Positions 12,020 to 24,824 of a stretch of DNA of 64,000 nucleotides are shown here, piece after piece. This DNA comes from Ascoidea asiatica JCM 7603 (taxonomy: Eukaryota > Fungi > Ascomycota), in NCBI GenBank assembly GCA_001600695.1, contig BCKQ01000002.1, positions 703,184-767,183 of the forward strand. Direction: 5' to 3'. Positions within the stretch are counted from its first letter, which is position 1. Each line of letters starts with the position of its first letter. A model generated the notes under the pieces. The model had not been told where the DNA came from. It worked only from the letters and a program-made list of their open reading frames with translations, and did not search any database. Position numbers and translations under genes: made by a program.

Positions 12020-12789
12020 AATATTGAAAAATTAACGCAATGAATATCTAAATCTGAGACCAAAATATCTTAATTTGATAATAATTCTCCTGTGTTCATC
12101 AGTGAATTGAATTGAATCATTCAAATCATCTCAATTAATTCATTTCATTTCATTTAATTTCATTTCTTCTCAATTCAAATTTCTTTAATAATTTTTTCGA
12201 TTTAAATTAATTTTGAATGGAAAGTTTTCCGAGACCAAAACTGCGGATCCCATGACCTTCATTCAGTTAACCTGATTTAAAAAAAAATTAGCGTGAAAAA
12301 GTGCCGTATGAATTAACACCGGAATTTATTTTAGGCAGTTTTTGTACTGGCGTTGGTGCCTTTGATTCAAGTTCTACATGAATTAAAAGGCTCCAAAGAA
12401 TTTGAAAACCTCTAGAGAATAATTAACTACAATATGATAATCATAAATGTTTTTATTTGAGGGAAAATATAGAACAAGAAAAAACTAAAACGAGATAGAA
12501 ATATCAAGAAAAAAAAGATGAGAAAAAAAAAGAACGACAAAAAGTAAACGACTCTAAATGATAAAAATTATTCACCTGCTTTATACTGAAAAAAAGAAAT
12601 GAAAGTTGTCCTGAGAAATATAATAGAATGAATAAAAGGGTTATTAATTCAAAATAATAGAGAATGACCAAAGAAAGTGTAAAAAAACATAAAACATAAA
12701 ACATAAAATCAATGAATAAAATAAAACAAAATAATAAAAAAATTGTATTAAATATTATACAAACCAAAAATTGCCCAATAAATTTTTAA

Positions 12790-15720
12790 TTAACAAGCTG
12801 TTAAGTGAGAATTAGGATTTCCATTATTTTTCAAATTATTGAAAATTTGAACATTTGGAATATAATTTTGACTATATTGCATATTATTAGTATTGATATT
12901 ATTGTTGTTTTGATAATTATAATTTGAATTTAAATTCATATTTTGATTAAGATTCATGTTTTGGTTAATATTTTGATTCATGTTTTGAGTATAAGCTTGA
13001 CTCATATTTTGAGATAAATTTGTATTCATATTTAAATTTTGATTCACATTTAAATTCATATTTCCATTATCATTCATTATTGGAAGATTTGTACTAATTG
13101 CTTGATATAATGAATTATCTTGAGCAGAAAAATCAAAAATATCCGGAATATTTAAAGAAGTACTTTGTTCAGCATCTAAAGAATATTTATTATCATCTTC
13201 ATCTTCTTCAGCATCTTTGTATATATTTAAATCTTTTGCACTATTATTATTACTTAAATTACTTAAAGGAGAACTCATATTATGATTTTGAGGAGATGAT
13301 CTATTTGAAGAGATATTTGAAGTAGTGTTTGAAGAAATATTATTAGAATTATTATTTGAGATATTGTTTGAGACATTTAATGGAATATCAGATACGACAT
13401 TTGTAGAAATAGGATTTCCAAAGTTTGAAACATTCTTATACATATTCTGTTGATTTGAAAATGAAGATTGCATAGGTTGTTGATTCATCTGAACAATTTG
13501 TTGTTGTTGCTGAGAAACAGGATATTGGATTTGTTTAAGAGTTTGTTGAGGTTGAATTTGTTGTTGATAATAATTTTGTTGTTGTTGTTGAGTAATTTGA
13601 TTGACTTGAGAAGATTGTTCTTGTAAAGGCATTTGATTTTGTAAGTAATACAGTTGTGGTTGTTGCTGTTGTAACAGAATAGGATTTTGATTAAGTTGAT
13701 TTTGCTGTTGAAGATGAGAGTGAGAAAGATGATTAAGATTACCATTAACATTTTGTTGATTAATACTCTGTTGATTTATATTTTGTTGATTAAGTTGTTG
13801 AAATTGTTGTTGTTGTTGATTAAGTTGTTGATTTTGTTGTTGTTGACGTTGTTGTAATTGTTGAGCTTGTTGTTGTTGAATATGAATTTGTAAATTTTTA
13901 TTTTTTCTATAAGATTTACTATTTCTACAAATATAATCAGCAGGTAATCTTCTACATTGACCATTTTCAATATGATTTTCAACCCAATCTTCATTACTTT
14001 GAAATCTCATATTACAAGAAGCACATTTACCAGGAACATGACTTCTATCATGAGATTTTGTACCAGGAGGATATTTAAAATGTCTTGCTTTTAAATGAGT
14101 TTTATAAGTATCTCTTCTTGAAAAACCACCATTTGGATGACATTTATGATCAGAATTTGGATCAAAAAATGGACATTTATAAGCTTTATCAATTGCATGT
14201 TTTTTTATATGTCTTGTAAGATAACCACGAACTCTAAAATGAGCTTCACAATATGGACAAGAATGAAATTTATTTTTATTATCAGTATCAGAATCATTTG
14301 AATCTTTAGAATCATTAGATTCATTTAAATCTTTTAAATCTTTTGATTCTTTAAAACCCTTTGAATCTTTTGAATCTTCTATATCTTTTAAATCATCTGA
14401 AGTTGAAGTTTTTAAAGATTTTGAAGTTTTGGAAACTTTTGAAGTCTTAAGATTTTTAGAATTTTTTCCTTTTAATTTTTTATTATCTTTTGAATCATTA
14501 TTTTTAGTAATATTATTATCAATAACGGTAATTGATTTTTTAGGACTTTGAATTGTAGTAAATTGATTATTTAAAGAATTAATTGATTCACTATCAGAAG
14601 AATCATTTTTTTTATTATTATTATTATTATTAGCATTATTAATTGATTTTTTTTTATTATTAATTGATTTTTTTGAAGATTTATTATTTTTTAAAATAGT
14701 ATGAGCATTTGAATGTAAAATTGGAATTGTAAAAGGATCATTGTTATTATTATTGGTCATATTTGAAGAAGGTGGAGGAGAAATTGAAGAGGTTAAGGAT
14801 AAAGACATTGATAAAGGAGAATAAGAAGAATTTGAAGAAGAGAATGAATTTGAATTAAATGATATATTATTATCATTATTATTTATATTCATATTGTCAT
14901 TGTTAATGTTATTATTTATATTCATATTGTTATTGTTAATGTTATTATTGTTCATGTTCATATTCATATTCATATTCATAGTATCATTGATTGTGTCATT
15001 AATATTAATATTATTATCAATAGGGTTATATTCTTTGAGAAAATTAGATAAATTTGATAAATCATCTTGACTTTTTAAATCATTTGAAAGATTAAAATTA
15101 AGAGATAAGAAATCATCATTTAAATTATTATTTAAAGTATTATCTAAATTATTATTATTTAAATTAATATTAAAATCATTATTTAAATCATTAAAATCAG
15201 TGAATTCATTATTAATATTTGAATTAGAATCATTTGATAATAATTGCCAAGATATATTACCAGAATTATCAGTAATTGGAACATATTTAAAATCATCAGA
15301 TAAAATAGCACATGGAGTTGCACAATTTTCTTTTAATTTATTATTTTTTGATTTAATTAATTTTTTATTTGAAATTGATTTTGAAATTGGTTTAATATTT
15401 GAATTTGATAAATTTGATAGTTTAGGTGGTTTATTAATTGAAATATTTGGAAAAAATACATTTGATAAAGAATTTTTAATATTTAGAAAAAATTGTAAAA
15501 TTATTAAAAAAATAGTATATATAAAACTTTTTTTAATTATATTTTTATAATCAAATTTTGAATTATTTGATTGTTTTGAATTATTTGTATTCATTGTAAG
15601 TTTTTTAGATGTATTTGATAATATTATAGATTTTGAATTTGATTTATTATTGATCTTTTTATCAATAGTATCAATATTATTAATAGGAAATAATGAAGTG
15701 AATATTGAATTCATTTTCAT
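12790..15720 (-). CDS. STP2: Stp1/Stp2-family C2H2 zinc-finger transcription factor (SPS pathway effector)
   Basis: CPYCEAHFRVRGYLTRHIKKHAIDKAYKCPFF...GGFSRRDTYKTHLKARH is the Stp1/2 three-finger signature. The N-terminal hydrophobic segment resembles the regulatory domain. STP1 vs STP2 cannot be resolved here. Confidence 0.85.
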   Translation of the reverse strand: MKMNSIFTSLFPINNIDTIDKKINNKSNSKSIILSNTSKKLTMNTNNSKQSNNSKFDYKNIIKKSFIYTIFLIILQFFLNIKNSLSNVFFPNISINKPPKLSNLSNSNIKPISKSISNKKLIKSKNNKLKENCATPCAILSDDFKYVPITDNSGNISWQLLSNDSNSNINNEFTDFNDLNNDFNINLNNNNLDNTLNNNLNDDFLSLNFNLSNDLKSQDDLSNLSNFLKEYNPIDNNININDTINDTMNMNMNMNMNNNNINNNNMNINNNINNDNMNINNNDNNISFNSNSFSSSNSSYSPLSMSLSLTSSISPPPSSNMTNNNNNDPFTIPILHSNAHTILKNNKSSKKSINNKKKSINNANNNNNNKKNDSSDSESINSLNNQFTTIQSPKKSITVIDNNITKNNDSKDNKKLKGKNSKNLKTSKVSKTSKSLKTSTSDDLKDIEDSKDSKGFKESKDLKDLNESNDSKDSNDSDTDNKNKFHSCPYCEAHFRVRGYLTRHIKKHAIDKAYKCPFFDPNSDHKCHPNGGFSRRDTYKTHLKARHFKYPPGTKSHDRSHVPGKCASCNMRFQSNEDWVENHIENGQCRRLPADYICRNSKSYRKNKNLQIHIQQQQAQQLQQRQQQQNQQLNQQQQQFQQLNQQNINQQSINQQNVNGNLNHLSHSHLQQQNQLNQNPILLQQQQPQLYYLQNQMPLQEQSSQVNQITQQQQQNYYQQQIQPQQTLKQIQYPVSQQQQQIVQMNQQPMQSSFSNQQNMYKNVSNFGNPISTNVVSDIPLNVSNNISNNNSNNISSNTTSNISSNRSSPQNHNMSSPLSNLSNNNSAKDLNIYKDAEEDEDDNKYSLDAEQSTSLNIPDIFDFSAQDNSLYQAISTNLPIMNDNGNMNLNVNQNLNMNTNLSQNMSQAYTQNMNQNINQNMNLNQNMNLNSNYNYQNNNNINTNNMQYSQNYIPNVQIFNNLKNNGNPNSHLTAC

Positions 15721-17289
15721 AATGAATTTAAAGGAGTTATATTATGAGTGATATTTCTATATTATATGATATTCTATGATATTGATTGTTATGAGATGTT
15801 TTGATGTTCTATGCTATGATGATATATTGCAATAATATATTTATGATTATATATTTATAATGATAATGATAATGATATATTGATATATATTTATATATTA
15901 ATATATTTATATGATTATATGATTATATGATTATATGATTATATAGTAATATTAAGTAGTAATTAATAGGTAAAATTTGAAGAAGAAGGAATTTAAAAAG
16001 AGAAAAAGAGAAAACGAGAAAAAAGATAGGATTGAGATGTATTATATTTGATTATTATTAGACTTAGACTTAGACTACTGGAATATTCAATAAAAGGAAA
16101 GGTTAAGGTAATCTCATTCTATTCCAGTAGTTAAACTGGTCCCAGAGCACTGGCAGAGCTGGAACGCGGACCGGGGCTTGCCAGTCAAAGGGCACTCCTA
16201 GCACACCGGGACGTGGAGAGACAGAATCACGCAGTAGCTGGGGGAAAGGAATGTCCACCGAGGGCTTAAAATATCATGTGATCTAGTGTTTTATTCCAAT
16301 TATGTCATACAATTAATATCAAAAAGGGTATTTTCTTGAGACCTTTGGCGGGGTGCTCGTATGACATAGTTGTAGAACGGGTACTTTTACTTGCACTACA
16401 AAGACCCCGAAAAGTTAAGAAGATACCGAAAAATAAACCAGTGATCAACTATTAAATAACGATAAACGGCTCTGTTGACAGAATTGTAATATCATAAAAT
16501 AAATAACGGTGGTAGAGCGTACTTTTTATAACCACCTGTTATTTGTCTGAATATTAATGTGCTCGGTAAATAATATTTATTTTGTATTTGAAACAATCAT
16601 AAGCTACCTTCTACCATCTACCATCTACCATTGAGAACATTTATTCTAAAAATCAAAAATTAGATATTCCAATCAGTAGACAAAAATAATAAATGGATAA
16701 ACAAAATGAGAAGTTTCCAATAAATTCACGTGAATTAAGCATGTGACACCGTCATGTGACATTGCATTACACATGTGACCTTGGTTGTAATTAGTAACCA
16801 TCTGTATGGATCTTCATAGCGGGGATTGTCACCCTTCCATATCAGTGGTTTTTTTGATTGTGTTATCCGGTAACAATCCGGTGTTAATCCTTGCTCTTTC
16901 CTTGGATAACCGTGCTGCTGTTGTAAGCGCATAACCGTTGAGGAGTGTTGACAGTGGTCTTCTGGCTGCATGTTTCCAGAACCACTGCTGCGGTAAAGCC
17001 CAGACCTTTTCTCGTGCCCGACTAAAGTTAACGTTAACTGAACTCACTTTGATTATTCACTTCGCTATCTCTGTTGAAGCAGTGAACGGGTAAATATTCT
17101 AATTTCTAATCCTATTTTGGTCCATATCACTACTAATCTTTAATATATCTACAATAATACTAGATATTCTAAATCCTATTTATCAAATTATATCCATTAT
17201 ATCATATTATATCATATTTTATCATATTTTATCATACATTTCATTATCTAATGATAATAATTATTTATTAATTCAAAATTTTATTTAAT

Positions 17290-18045
17290 ATGTCTTCTCT
17301 GATAAATAAAATTAATTATGAAAATAAAAAAAATTCAAAAATAAAAACTACAAATTCCAATTCCAATTCCAATTCCAATTCCAATTCAAATGAATTGTTA
17401 ATACTTGATCTAATATCAAATTTAGATAAATTATTAAAATTACCAAGTTCAATTGATCAAAATTCAAATAATTTAATTTATTCAATAATCAAAGATCCAA
17501 TAATTTTATCTTGTGGTTGTATAATTTCAAATAATTTATTCCTTTCAATTTATCATAAATCTGATAATAATATCACTAATACTACCACTACCACTACCAC
17601 TACCACTACCATTTCTAATATTTCTAACATTTCTAATAACAATAATAATCAAATTATTTGTCCAGTTTGTAATAATTCAAATTCAAATTATATATCTTTT
17701 GTAAAACCTTTAAAAAACTTATATAAATTATCTCATCATTATAAAAAAATAATATCTAAAAATAAAATTAATAATAAAATTAATGCTGATATTAATAAAA
17801 AAAATAATATAATATATGAAAGAGCTTTGAAAGTTTATAATAATAAATTAAATTTAGAAAATCAAAATAAATATAATTTATCAAATTCAATTGATAAAAA
17901 TGTTTTAATTTCTTGTGAAAATCAAAATTTATTATCCATTTTTAAAAAAATTGCTTATCAAATCAAATACCCTTCAGATTCAAATTCAAATTCAAATAAT
18001 CTTCCTAGTAATGTCAATATTAATATCAATAATACTACCACTAAT

Positions 18046-18086
<41 letters not shown>

Positions 18087-20319
18087 AATATTACCTTCTT
18101 CTTTTAACTCAAATTCAAATTCTTTAATTGTCGAAAATGATAATATACAATTAAATAAATCAATAGTTTCAAATAAATCCTTTAATCAATCTCAATCTCA
18201 ATCTCAAAATACACTATTAAGATCTTCTTCAATTTCAAGTAAAAATAGTAAGAATAGTAATACAATCATATTTAAATCAAATACTTCTACAAATACTCCA
18301 ATTAATATATCAAATAACTATAATAATAATAATATTAATAATAATAACTACAGTAATTCAATTCAATTCCAAACTGATGATTTAAATCTATCAATCTCTC
18401 AAAAATCTCAATCTCAATGGCAATTCCAATCTCAATCACAATCACAAACTCAATCTCAATCTCAATCTCAATCTCAATCAAATTCATCATCAAAATTTCC
18501 TTGGAAAAAAGTATTGAAAAAAACTTCTTCAATTCAAAATATTTTTCATTCTTCTTCTCCAACAAATTCAAATTTATCAAATTTAAATCTATTTTCAAAT
18601 AATAATAATCAAACTTTAACTTCTTCTAATTCAATTTCTTCTTCTTTTAATGACTTTAATAATAATAATAATAATGATCTAAATTCAACTTTTAATAATA
18701 ACTCAAATTTTTTATCAAATAATACTGATATTAATCTTGAAGGTAGATTTTCTGATAATTTCCCAACTTATAGAAAAAAAATTCAATATAGTGTAAATCC
18801 ATTTAAATATAAAAAAAATTTCTTAAGAAGATCAGATTTTATTGGTACTGCAATATCTCCATTATCAACAAAATTTGCTTTAATTGATGAAAAAAGATGG
18901 TTTGTTTATAAAATTTCAAAATCTTCTTCAATTCCACCAATTTTATTATGTTGTGGTAATAGAAATTGTGATTATGGTAAAGATTTAGAAAATTTAAAAA
19001 AATTTAATTTTAATTCAAATTCTGAATTATCTTATTTATCAAATGAAAAAGAAAATGAATCAAAATCAATAAATTATATTTTACAAAATTCTTGGGAATT
19101 TTCTTTTTGTTCTTTAGGTGAAAGATTATTAGTTATTTATGGTAAAAAATTATTAAAAATTTTTGATTTAAAAAATTTTGGTTTACCAATTTATACACTT
19201 TTTGGTTTTTCAATTAGATGTTTAGATATTTCTCCAGATGAAACTTTAATTGCTTTAGGTATAACTAGAAAAGATAAAGCAATTGATAATGAAAGTACTT
19301 CAATTTTAATTTTAAAATTATTTTTTGATTATTCAATTGATCAAAATTCTATTCAAAATTCAAATAAAAATAATTTAGATAATTCTTCAAACTCAAATTA
19401 TAATAACAATAGTAATAATATCGATATTGATTTTACAGTTCCAAAAAATGGATTCTCTTATAACAATCATAGATCTTCAGGTAATTATTCTGTACCTTCA
19501 TCTCCCACAGTTTCTTCTTCTATTTTAAGTTCAAATAACAATAATAATTATATTAACAACAATAATAATAGTAATCAAAATAGCTCTAGATCAATATATT
19601 CACAAAATTCCTCAATAAGAAGTCCATTTAATGATATTGATAATGGAAATGATGTTGATTCTATAATTTCAAAATTACCAAATTCAACTCTAACTAAAGT
19701 TGATATTAAATTAATTGCATTATCAGATAATGATCCTGTTAATATTGTAAAATTTTCAAAAGATGGTACGTCTTTAATATGTTCAACAATTTTAGAATCA
19801 AGAATTATGATAATTAATATTAAAAATATTGATGATCCAAGATTAACAATGAGATATAAAAGGGAAATTGATACATCATATGAAAGTGAAGGAATAACAG
19901 ATTTAGAATTTCTTGATTCAGAAAATAAATATCTTGTTGTTTCTTCTGTTGCATTTAATACATGTCCTTTAATTTTGGGTACACAATATAATAATTCTTC
20001 CAAAACTAAAATTACTTCAATTGGTCCTGAAATACATAAATGCTGTGTATCCCCAAGAGGTTATGCTTTAGCATTTTTAAGTAAAAAAGGGGAATTATTT
20101 ATTGTTGAAATAAAAGAAACACAGGAAATTAAAAGAATTGTAAAGGCTGATGATGTTATGAGTGCAACAAGAAGATCAGAATCTGCTAGTATTGGATTTT
20201 CAACTGATGGTTATAAACTTTATGCAATTGATAGAAAAGGTATACTATATATTGAAGATTTCGTTGCAGGTTCAACTGAAACTCACGATGTTTCAAAATG
20301 CAAATTTATTCCAACCTAA
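17290..20319 (+). CDS. PTR3: SPS amino-acid sensor component Ptr3 (N-terminal Cys motif, C-terminal WD40-like domain)
   Basis: DPIILSCGC...CPVC...KPLKNLY at the N-terminus; FPTYRKK, ESEGIT and IHKCCVSPRG in the C-terminal domain. Confidence 0.82.
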
Positions 20320-20592
20320 TTTAAATAAATTTATCATATCATATCATATCATCTTATTAAATCAAATCAAACCAAAGCTCATGTATTGTATTTAGTTTTT
20401 TCTACTGTGTATTTTATATTATCAATTAACATTGAATCATTATTAAATATTTTAATTTGAAATGATCGAAATTATCGATAAATTAATAATATTTCTGAAA
20501 ATTTCCAGTTGTTAAATGAAAAAACTGAAAAAAAATCTTTGAGAACAATACAGAGGGTCTTCTTTTCCGGATTTGTTTCCTGTTCCGAAGGG

Positions 20593-20646
20593 TTTCGTAT
20601 AGAACTTTTTTCACCGCTCGTATCAAATCTACACTTTCGTATAGAA
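20593..20646 (+). promoter_or_regulatory. Sterol regulatory elements (Upc2/Ecm22 type) upstream of ERG2
   Basis: TCGTATA at 20595-20601 and 20637-20643, within a repeated TTTCGTATAGAA; TCGTATC at 20618. Confidence 0.75.
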
Positions 20647-20899
20647 TTATTCCACTTCAGGTTCGGCTCATAAAAATGGTTTCTTTTCGACCATAGACCC
20701 AGAAAGCATTTATCATTTAATTCGCCAGGCGAAGAATAAAATAATATTTTATACTGGTTATTTCAGTGATTTGATCTATTCAATCCACTTATTTAAAGAA
20801 GAAAATATTCTTTTATATAACAGAAAAGAAATAATTTTTGAATCAGTATTCTTAAAAGTAATAATAATAGTAAGAATAATATTTATAACTTTGATAATA

Positions 20900-21562
20900 A
20901 TGCGTTTACTTTTAGTTCTTCCAATTTTAACTTCGATAATTTATGCTGTTTTGAATAATTTATATTATTCTTGGTTACCTCAAAATTATATTTTTGATCC
21001 AAAAGAATTACAAGAAATATCTTTAATTGCAATAAATAGAAATCAAAATAACACAACCGATGCTTTATTAGAAGATTTAACAAATTTACTTCAAGATAGA
21101 TATGGTTCAAAATTAATTAATCCTTTGAATAAAAATGATTGGGTTTTTAATAATGCTGGTGGAGCTATGGGTTCAATGTTTATTTTACATGCTTCAATTT
21201 CAGAATATTTAATCTTTTTTGGTACTGCTATAGGAACTGAAGGTCATACTGGAGCTCATTTTGCTGATGATTATTTTACAATTTTAGCAGGTGAACAAAG
21301 AGCTGCTTTTTCAAATGGTTTAAAACCAGAAATTTATTATCCTGGTGATCAACATCATTTAAAAAAAAGTAATGTTAAACAATATACAATGCCTGGTGAA
21401 AGTTGGGCTTTAGAATTAGCTCAGGGATGGATTCCTTCAATGTTACCATTTGGGTTTATGGATATGATAAGTTCAACTTTAGATTATCAAAATTTCTGGA
21501 AAACTTCTTATTTAACCGGTTATTATATGATTAATAATTTAATAACAAATAAAAAGTTTTGA
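20900..21562 (+). CDS. ERG2: C-8 sterol isomerase
   Basis: [11 protein letters not shown]...[13 protein letters not shown]...EGHTG. True start is the ATG at 20900; the track's TTG start is not credible. Confidence 0.96.
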   Translation: MRLLLVLPILTSIIYAVLNNLYYSWLPQNYIFDPKELQEISLIAINRNQNNTTDALLEDLTNLLQDRYGSKLINPLNKNDWVFNNAGGAMGSMFILHASISEYLIFFGTAIGTEGHTGAHFADDYFTILAGEQRAAFSNGLKPEIYYPGDQHHLKKSNVKQYTMPGESWALELAQGWIPSMLPFGFMDMISSTLDYQNFWKTSYLTGYYMINNLITNKKF

Positions 21563-21883
21563 ACCCAAAAAACTGGTAATCAATTTAAAAATGAAAAATA
21601 CGAAAATAGAAAACATAGAATTTAGAATTTAGATTTTTTCTTGTAATTTTTTTTTTTTATTCTATTATTATTATTATAACTTTTTTTTTTTTATTTATAG
21701 TATTATTCTAATACACATCAAGAATATTCAAACTATATAATGCAAAAAATGAATTAAATTGAAAAAAAAAAAAAAAGAATCATGAGGATTGTGAAGATTT
21801 TAAAGAGGATGAAATTGGAAAGATTAATGCGTTTTATTTCATCTCTATTCTCTTGTTTCTTTTATTTTTTCTCTTGAAAAAAG

Positions 21884-24004
21884 TTAAAAGTTCATTTTTT
21901 TGATATATTCAGGTAATTTACTTATAATATTCTCTTCAATTAAATCATCTCTACCTGCAGCAACTTTTAAAACTAATTCATTTAATTCAGTTGAACCTAA
22001 AATATCAACATGCTCAGCAGTTTTAGCACCACCTCTAATATCAAATCTATCAGGCTCATGTTTAATTTCAACAATTTTAACTTTACTATTACCAGGATTA
22101 TAAATTGAATTATGTTCTCTCCATTTATGACACATGGTATGAGTTATTAAAGAAACCGTACCATCACCATCACTATTTACTACAGCATTATTTGCATTAT
22201 TTTCCATTGTTAAATTAAGTTTTGAAATTGATTTTAAAGATTCTTCTTTATAAGTATAAGCTCTTTCAGTTGGATTACCAATACCATAAAAACAATATAT
22301 TTTCATATCTGGAGCATTTGGTAAAGGAGCTTCTAATGGATTACTCCATTTTGAATAATCATTATTATTTAATTTTAATTGATTTTTATTATTTGCTATA
22401 CCAAAAGAATAATGTTCTAAAGTTCTTCTTTGAAACCATTCTGGTGTTTGATCTAATAATAATTCAATACTTTCTTCAATTGTTAAATTTTTTTGAGAAA
22501 AAATTCCAACTTGTTTATTGAAAGAAATAAATTTACCAAAGGATTCATCTAATGAAGTTCTATTACCATAATCATCATCTGGAGCAGAATTTAAATTACC
22601 CCAAATTTGATTACCGCCTTTTGGAATCATACTTGCAATACCACCAAAAGATCTTAACATATCTAATCTTTCTTTTTTACTAAAAAATTTTTCTAAACCA
22701 TAAACAGCTAAAGCATTTAATTGTACAGTATCTTTCATTTCACCAGATAATAAACCAACAATTGCTTTTGGAGTACCAAGACTTGAACCAGAAATATCAA
22801 CATATGCATGAATATAATCATTACACCAATTTGAACCACCATTACCAAAATTTTTACCTTTTGCTTCAACCCATTTCATAAAATAAAATAAAATTTGAGA
22901 ACCCATTGAATGTCCAACTAAAGTTGCTTTTTTACCGGAATTTTTAACTTGAACTTCAATTTGAGCTTTTAAAGAAGAAAAATAATGATCTCTTCTTTCT
23001 AAATCAAGATAAGATAATCTCCAATCATAAGAAGCACTAATCATATTATTTGGATTATAACCTAAAGCAGCTAAATTTGTTAAAATTTTTCCCCAAATCC
23101 AATAACCTGCAACAAAATAATCAGTTGCTTCAAAACCTTGAGCAGCTCTAATATGAAAATTAGGTGGATCTAAACCAGTTTCAGGATCTAACATTATATG
23201 TTTTAACCAACAAGCTTTATTTGTAAACATTGTTCTTAACATATAAAAAGAACCCCATAATCTTTTTCTAAAATGAGGTTCAGAAGGACATTCATTTGTA
23301 CCTTCAATACCCCAACTTTCTAAACCTGTACTTATAACACCAGGTACCATAATTACAGGATGATTAAAAGTTAAATTCTGATTTTTTCTCATATATTTAC
23401 CAATTGCAAAATCATCAGTTGTTGTAATAATATGTTTATTTTGATCAATTTTTGCTTCTTTAATAATTTTTAAAAATGGTTTTGGTAAATTATCTTTAAA
23501 TTCATCAAAAAAATCTAGAAAAGATTCATGAAATGAATCTAAATCAAAATCGAAATCAAAATCAATTAATTTATCTATTTCGGTTATATCCATTCCAGAA
23601 TTTTTTGCACCAAAATAAATTGCAATAATTGCACCTAAAAGTGCACCTAAAATAAATATAAAATTTATAAATTTTAAAGATGATAATTTAGAGGATTTTT
23701 TATTTTTATTCTTATTTTTATTTTTTTTATCTTTATCTTTATCATTTTTTTTATTATTATTATCATCATGAATTATGGTTTCTTTATCAACTATTATTAT
23801 TTTTTCAGTATTTGTGTTTGTATTTGACATTTTGCCTTTTGAATTTTTTTTTGTTTGATTCGAATTCGAATTATTATTATTAGTAGTTTTAGAACTCAAA
23901 GAGGAATCTTCAATTGAATCAGCAATTATATTTACAATTGAATCAGGAGACGAAGGAGATAAATTTGATTTTCTTTTTGATCTTGATTTTCTTGATTTTG
24001 GCAT
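21884..24004 (-). CDS. LRO1: Phospholipid:diacylglycerol acyltransferase
   Basis: Single TM anchor, VPGVISTGLESW, HFRKRLWG, GHSMG nucleophile, EHVDILG. Confidence 0.95.
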   Translation of the reverse strand: MPKSRKSRSKRKSNLSPSSPDSIVNIIADSIEDSSLSSKTTNNNNSNSNQTKKNSKGKMSNTNTNTEKIIIVDKETIIHDDNNNKKNDKDKDKKNKNKNKNKKSSKLSSLKFINFIFILGALLGAIIAIYFGAKNSGMDITEIDKLIDFDFDFDLDSFHESFLDFFDEFKDNLPKPFLKIIKEAKIDQNKHIITTTDDFAIGKYMRKNQNLTFNHPVIMVPGVISTGLESWGIEGTNECPSEPHFRKRLWGSFYMLRTMFTNKACWLKHIMLDPETGLDPPNFHIRAAQGFEATDYFVAGYWIWGKILTNLAALGYNPNNMISASYDWRLSYLDLERRDHYFSSLKAQIEVQVKNSGKKATLVGHSMGSQILFYFMKWVEAKGKNFGNGGSNWCNDYIHAYVDISGSSLGTPKAIVGLLSGEMKDTVQLNALAVYGLEKFFSKKERLDMLRSFGGIASMIPKGGNQIWGNLNSAPDDDYGNRTSLDESFGKFISFNKQVGIFSQKNLTIEESIELLLDQTPEWFQRRTLEHYSFGIANNKNQLKLNNNDYSKWSNPLEAPLPNAPDMKIYCFYGIGNPTERAYTYKEESLKSISKLNLTMENNANNAVVNSDGDGTVSLITHTMCHKWREHNSIYNPGNSKVKIVEIKHEPDRFDIRGGAKTAEHVDILGSTELNELVLKVAAGRDDLIEENIISKLPEYIKKMNF

Positions 24005-24313
24005 TGATTTAAAATGATTAAAAAATCGAGAAATTGTAAATAAAATTTGAATTGATTAAAGTATGTAGCAAAAGCAAAATGAGAGAAAGGGAAAGAGAGA
24101 AGTATAATATAATATGATACAATATGGTACAATAATATACAAAATATGAAAAATTGAGTGCAATATTTCTTCTAAGATTTAACTTTATATCAAATTAATA
24201 TCAATTGTATATAAAAATTATGAAATAAGAGAACTGAATATTTAATTAATATTTTTAAAAAATAGACCTTTTTTTTACTATCAACTGCTATTCTTCTATT
24301 CCACTAAGAGATT

Positions 24314-24660
24314 TGAGTCAAATTTGACCAGATTCAATTCAAAATAATTCAAAACAGAGCCATTTATTTGCAGGTAAAACGGGACCGGATCCGCCACAAG
24401 CGCAGCACGAGCGCCGGAACGGGGACAAGGAAATATATCAGTTTTCCGTTAACGTGCCACGCTTGGAGGCTAGTGATTATTTTGCGTGGCAGTGCAAAAC
24501 AAACATAACCCAATGAAGTGGTCTCATGTATAATATGTTATTTGTATGTATTATTATGCGTCTAAAAGTTAAATGAAGTATGCATCCATTTTTGTTAGGA
24601 GAACCGTAATATTGGCCTCAATATTTTAATTTTTTCCACCACCATTTTTGAAATGACTCA
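24314..24660. promoter_or_regulatory. Two Gcn4-type sites upstream of PRO2
   Basis: TGAGTCA at 24314-24320 and TGACTCA at 24654-24660. Confidence 0.65.
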
Positions 24661-24824
24661 ATCTTCAGCATCGGAATCTTGAAATCTTCGAGTTAATATT
24701 TACAGGTTGATAGGTAAATAATAAATACAATATTGAAAAATAAATTAAATATTGTTTTAATTAAAGTAAAATTTTTCTTTTATTCAACTTTCAAATATAA
24801 TCTATTATCATTTGCTAAACAGAA

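Noticed and set aside
16735-17047. Short ORFs in GC islands (also 33616-33893, 40052-40246, 4749-4994)
   Set aside because: Codon usage unlike host genes; GC-rich promoter DNA simply has fewer stops
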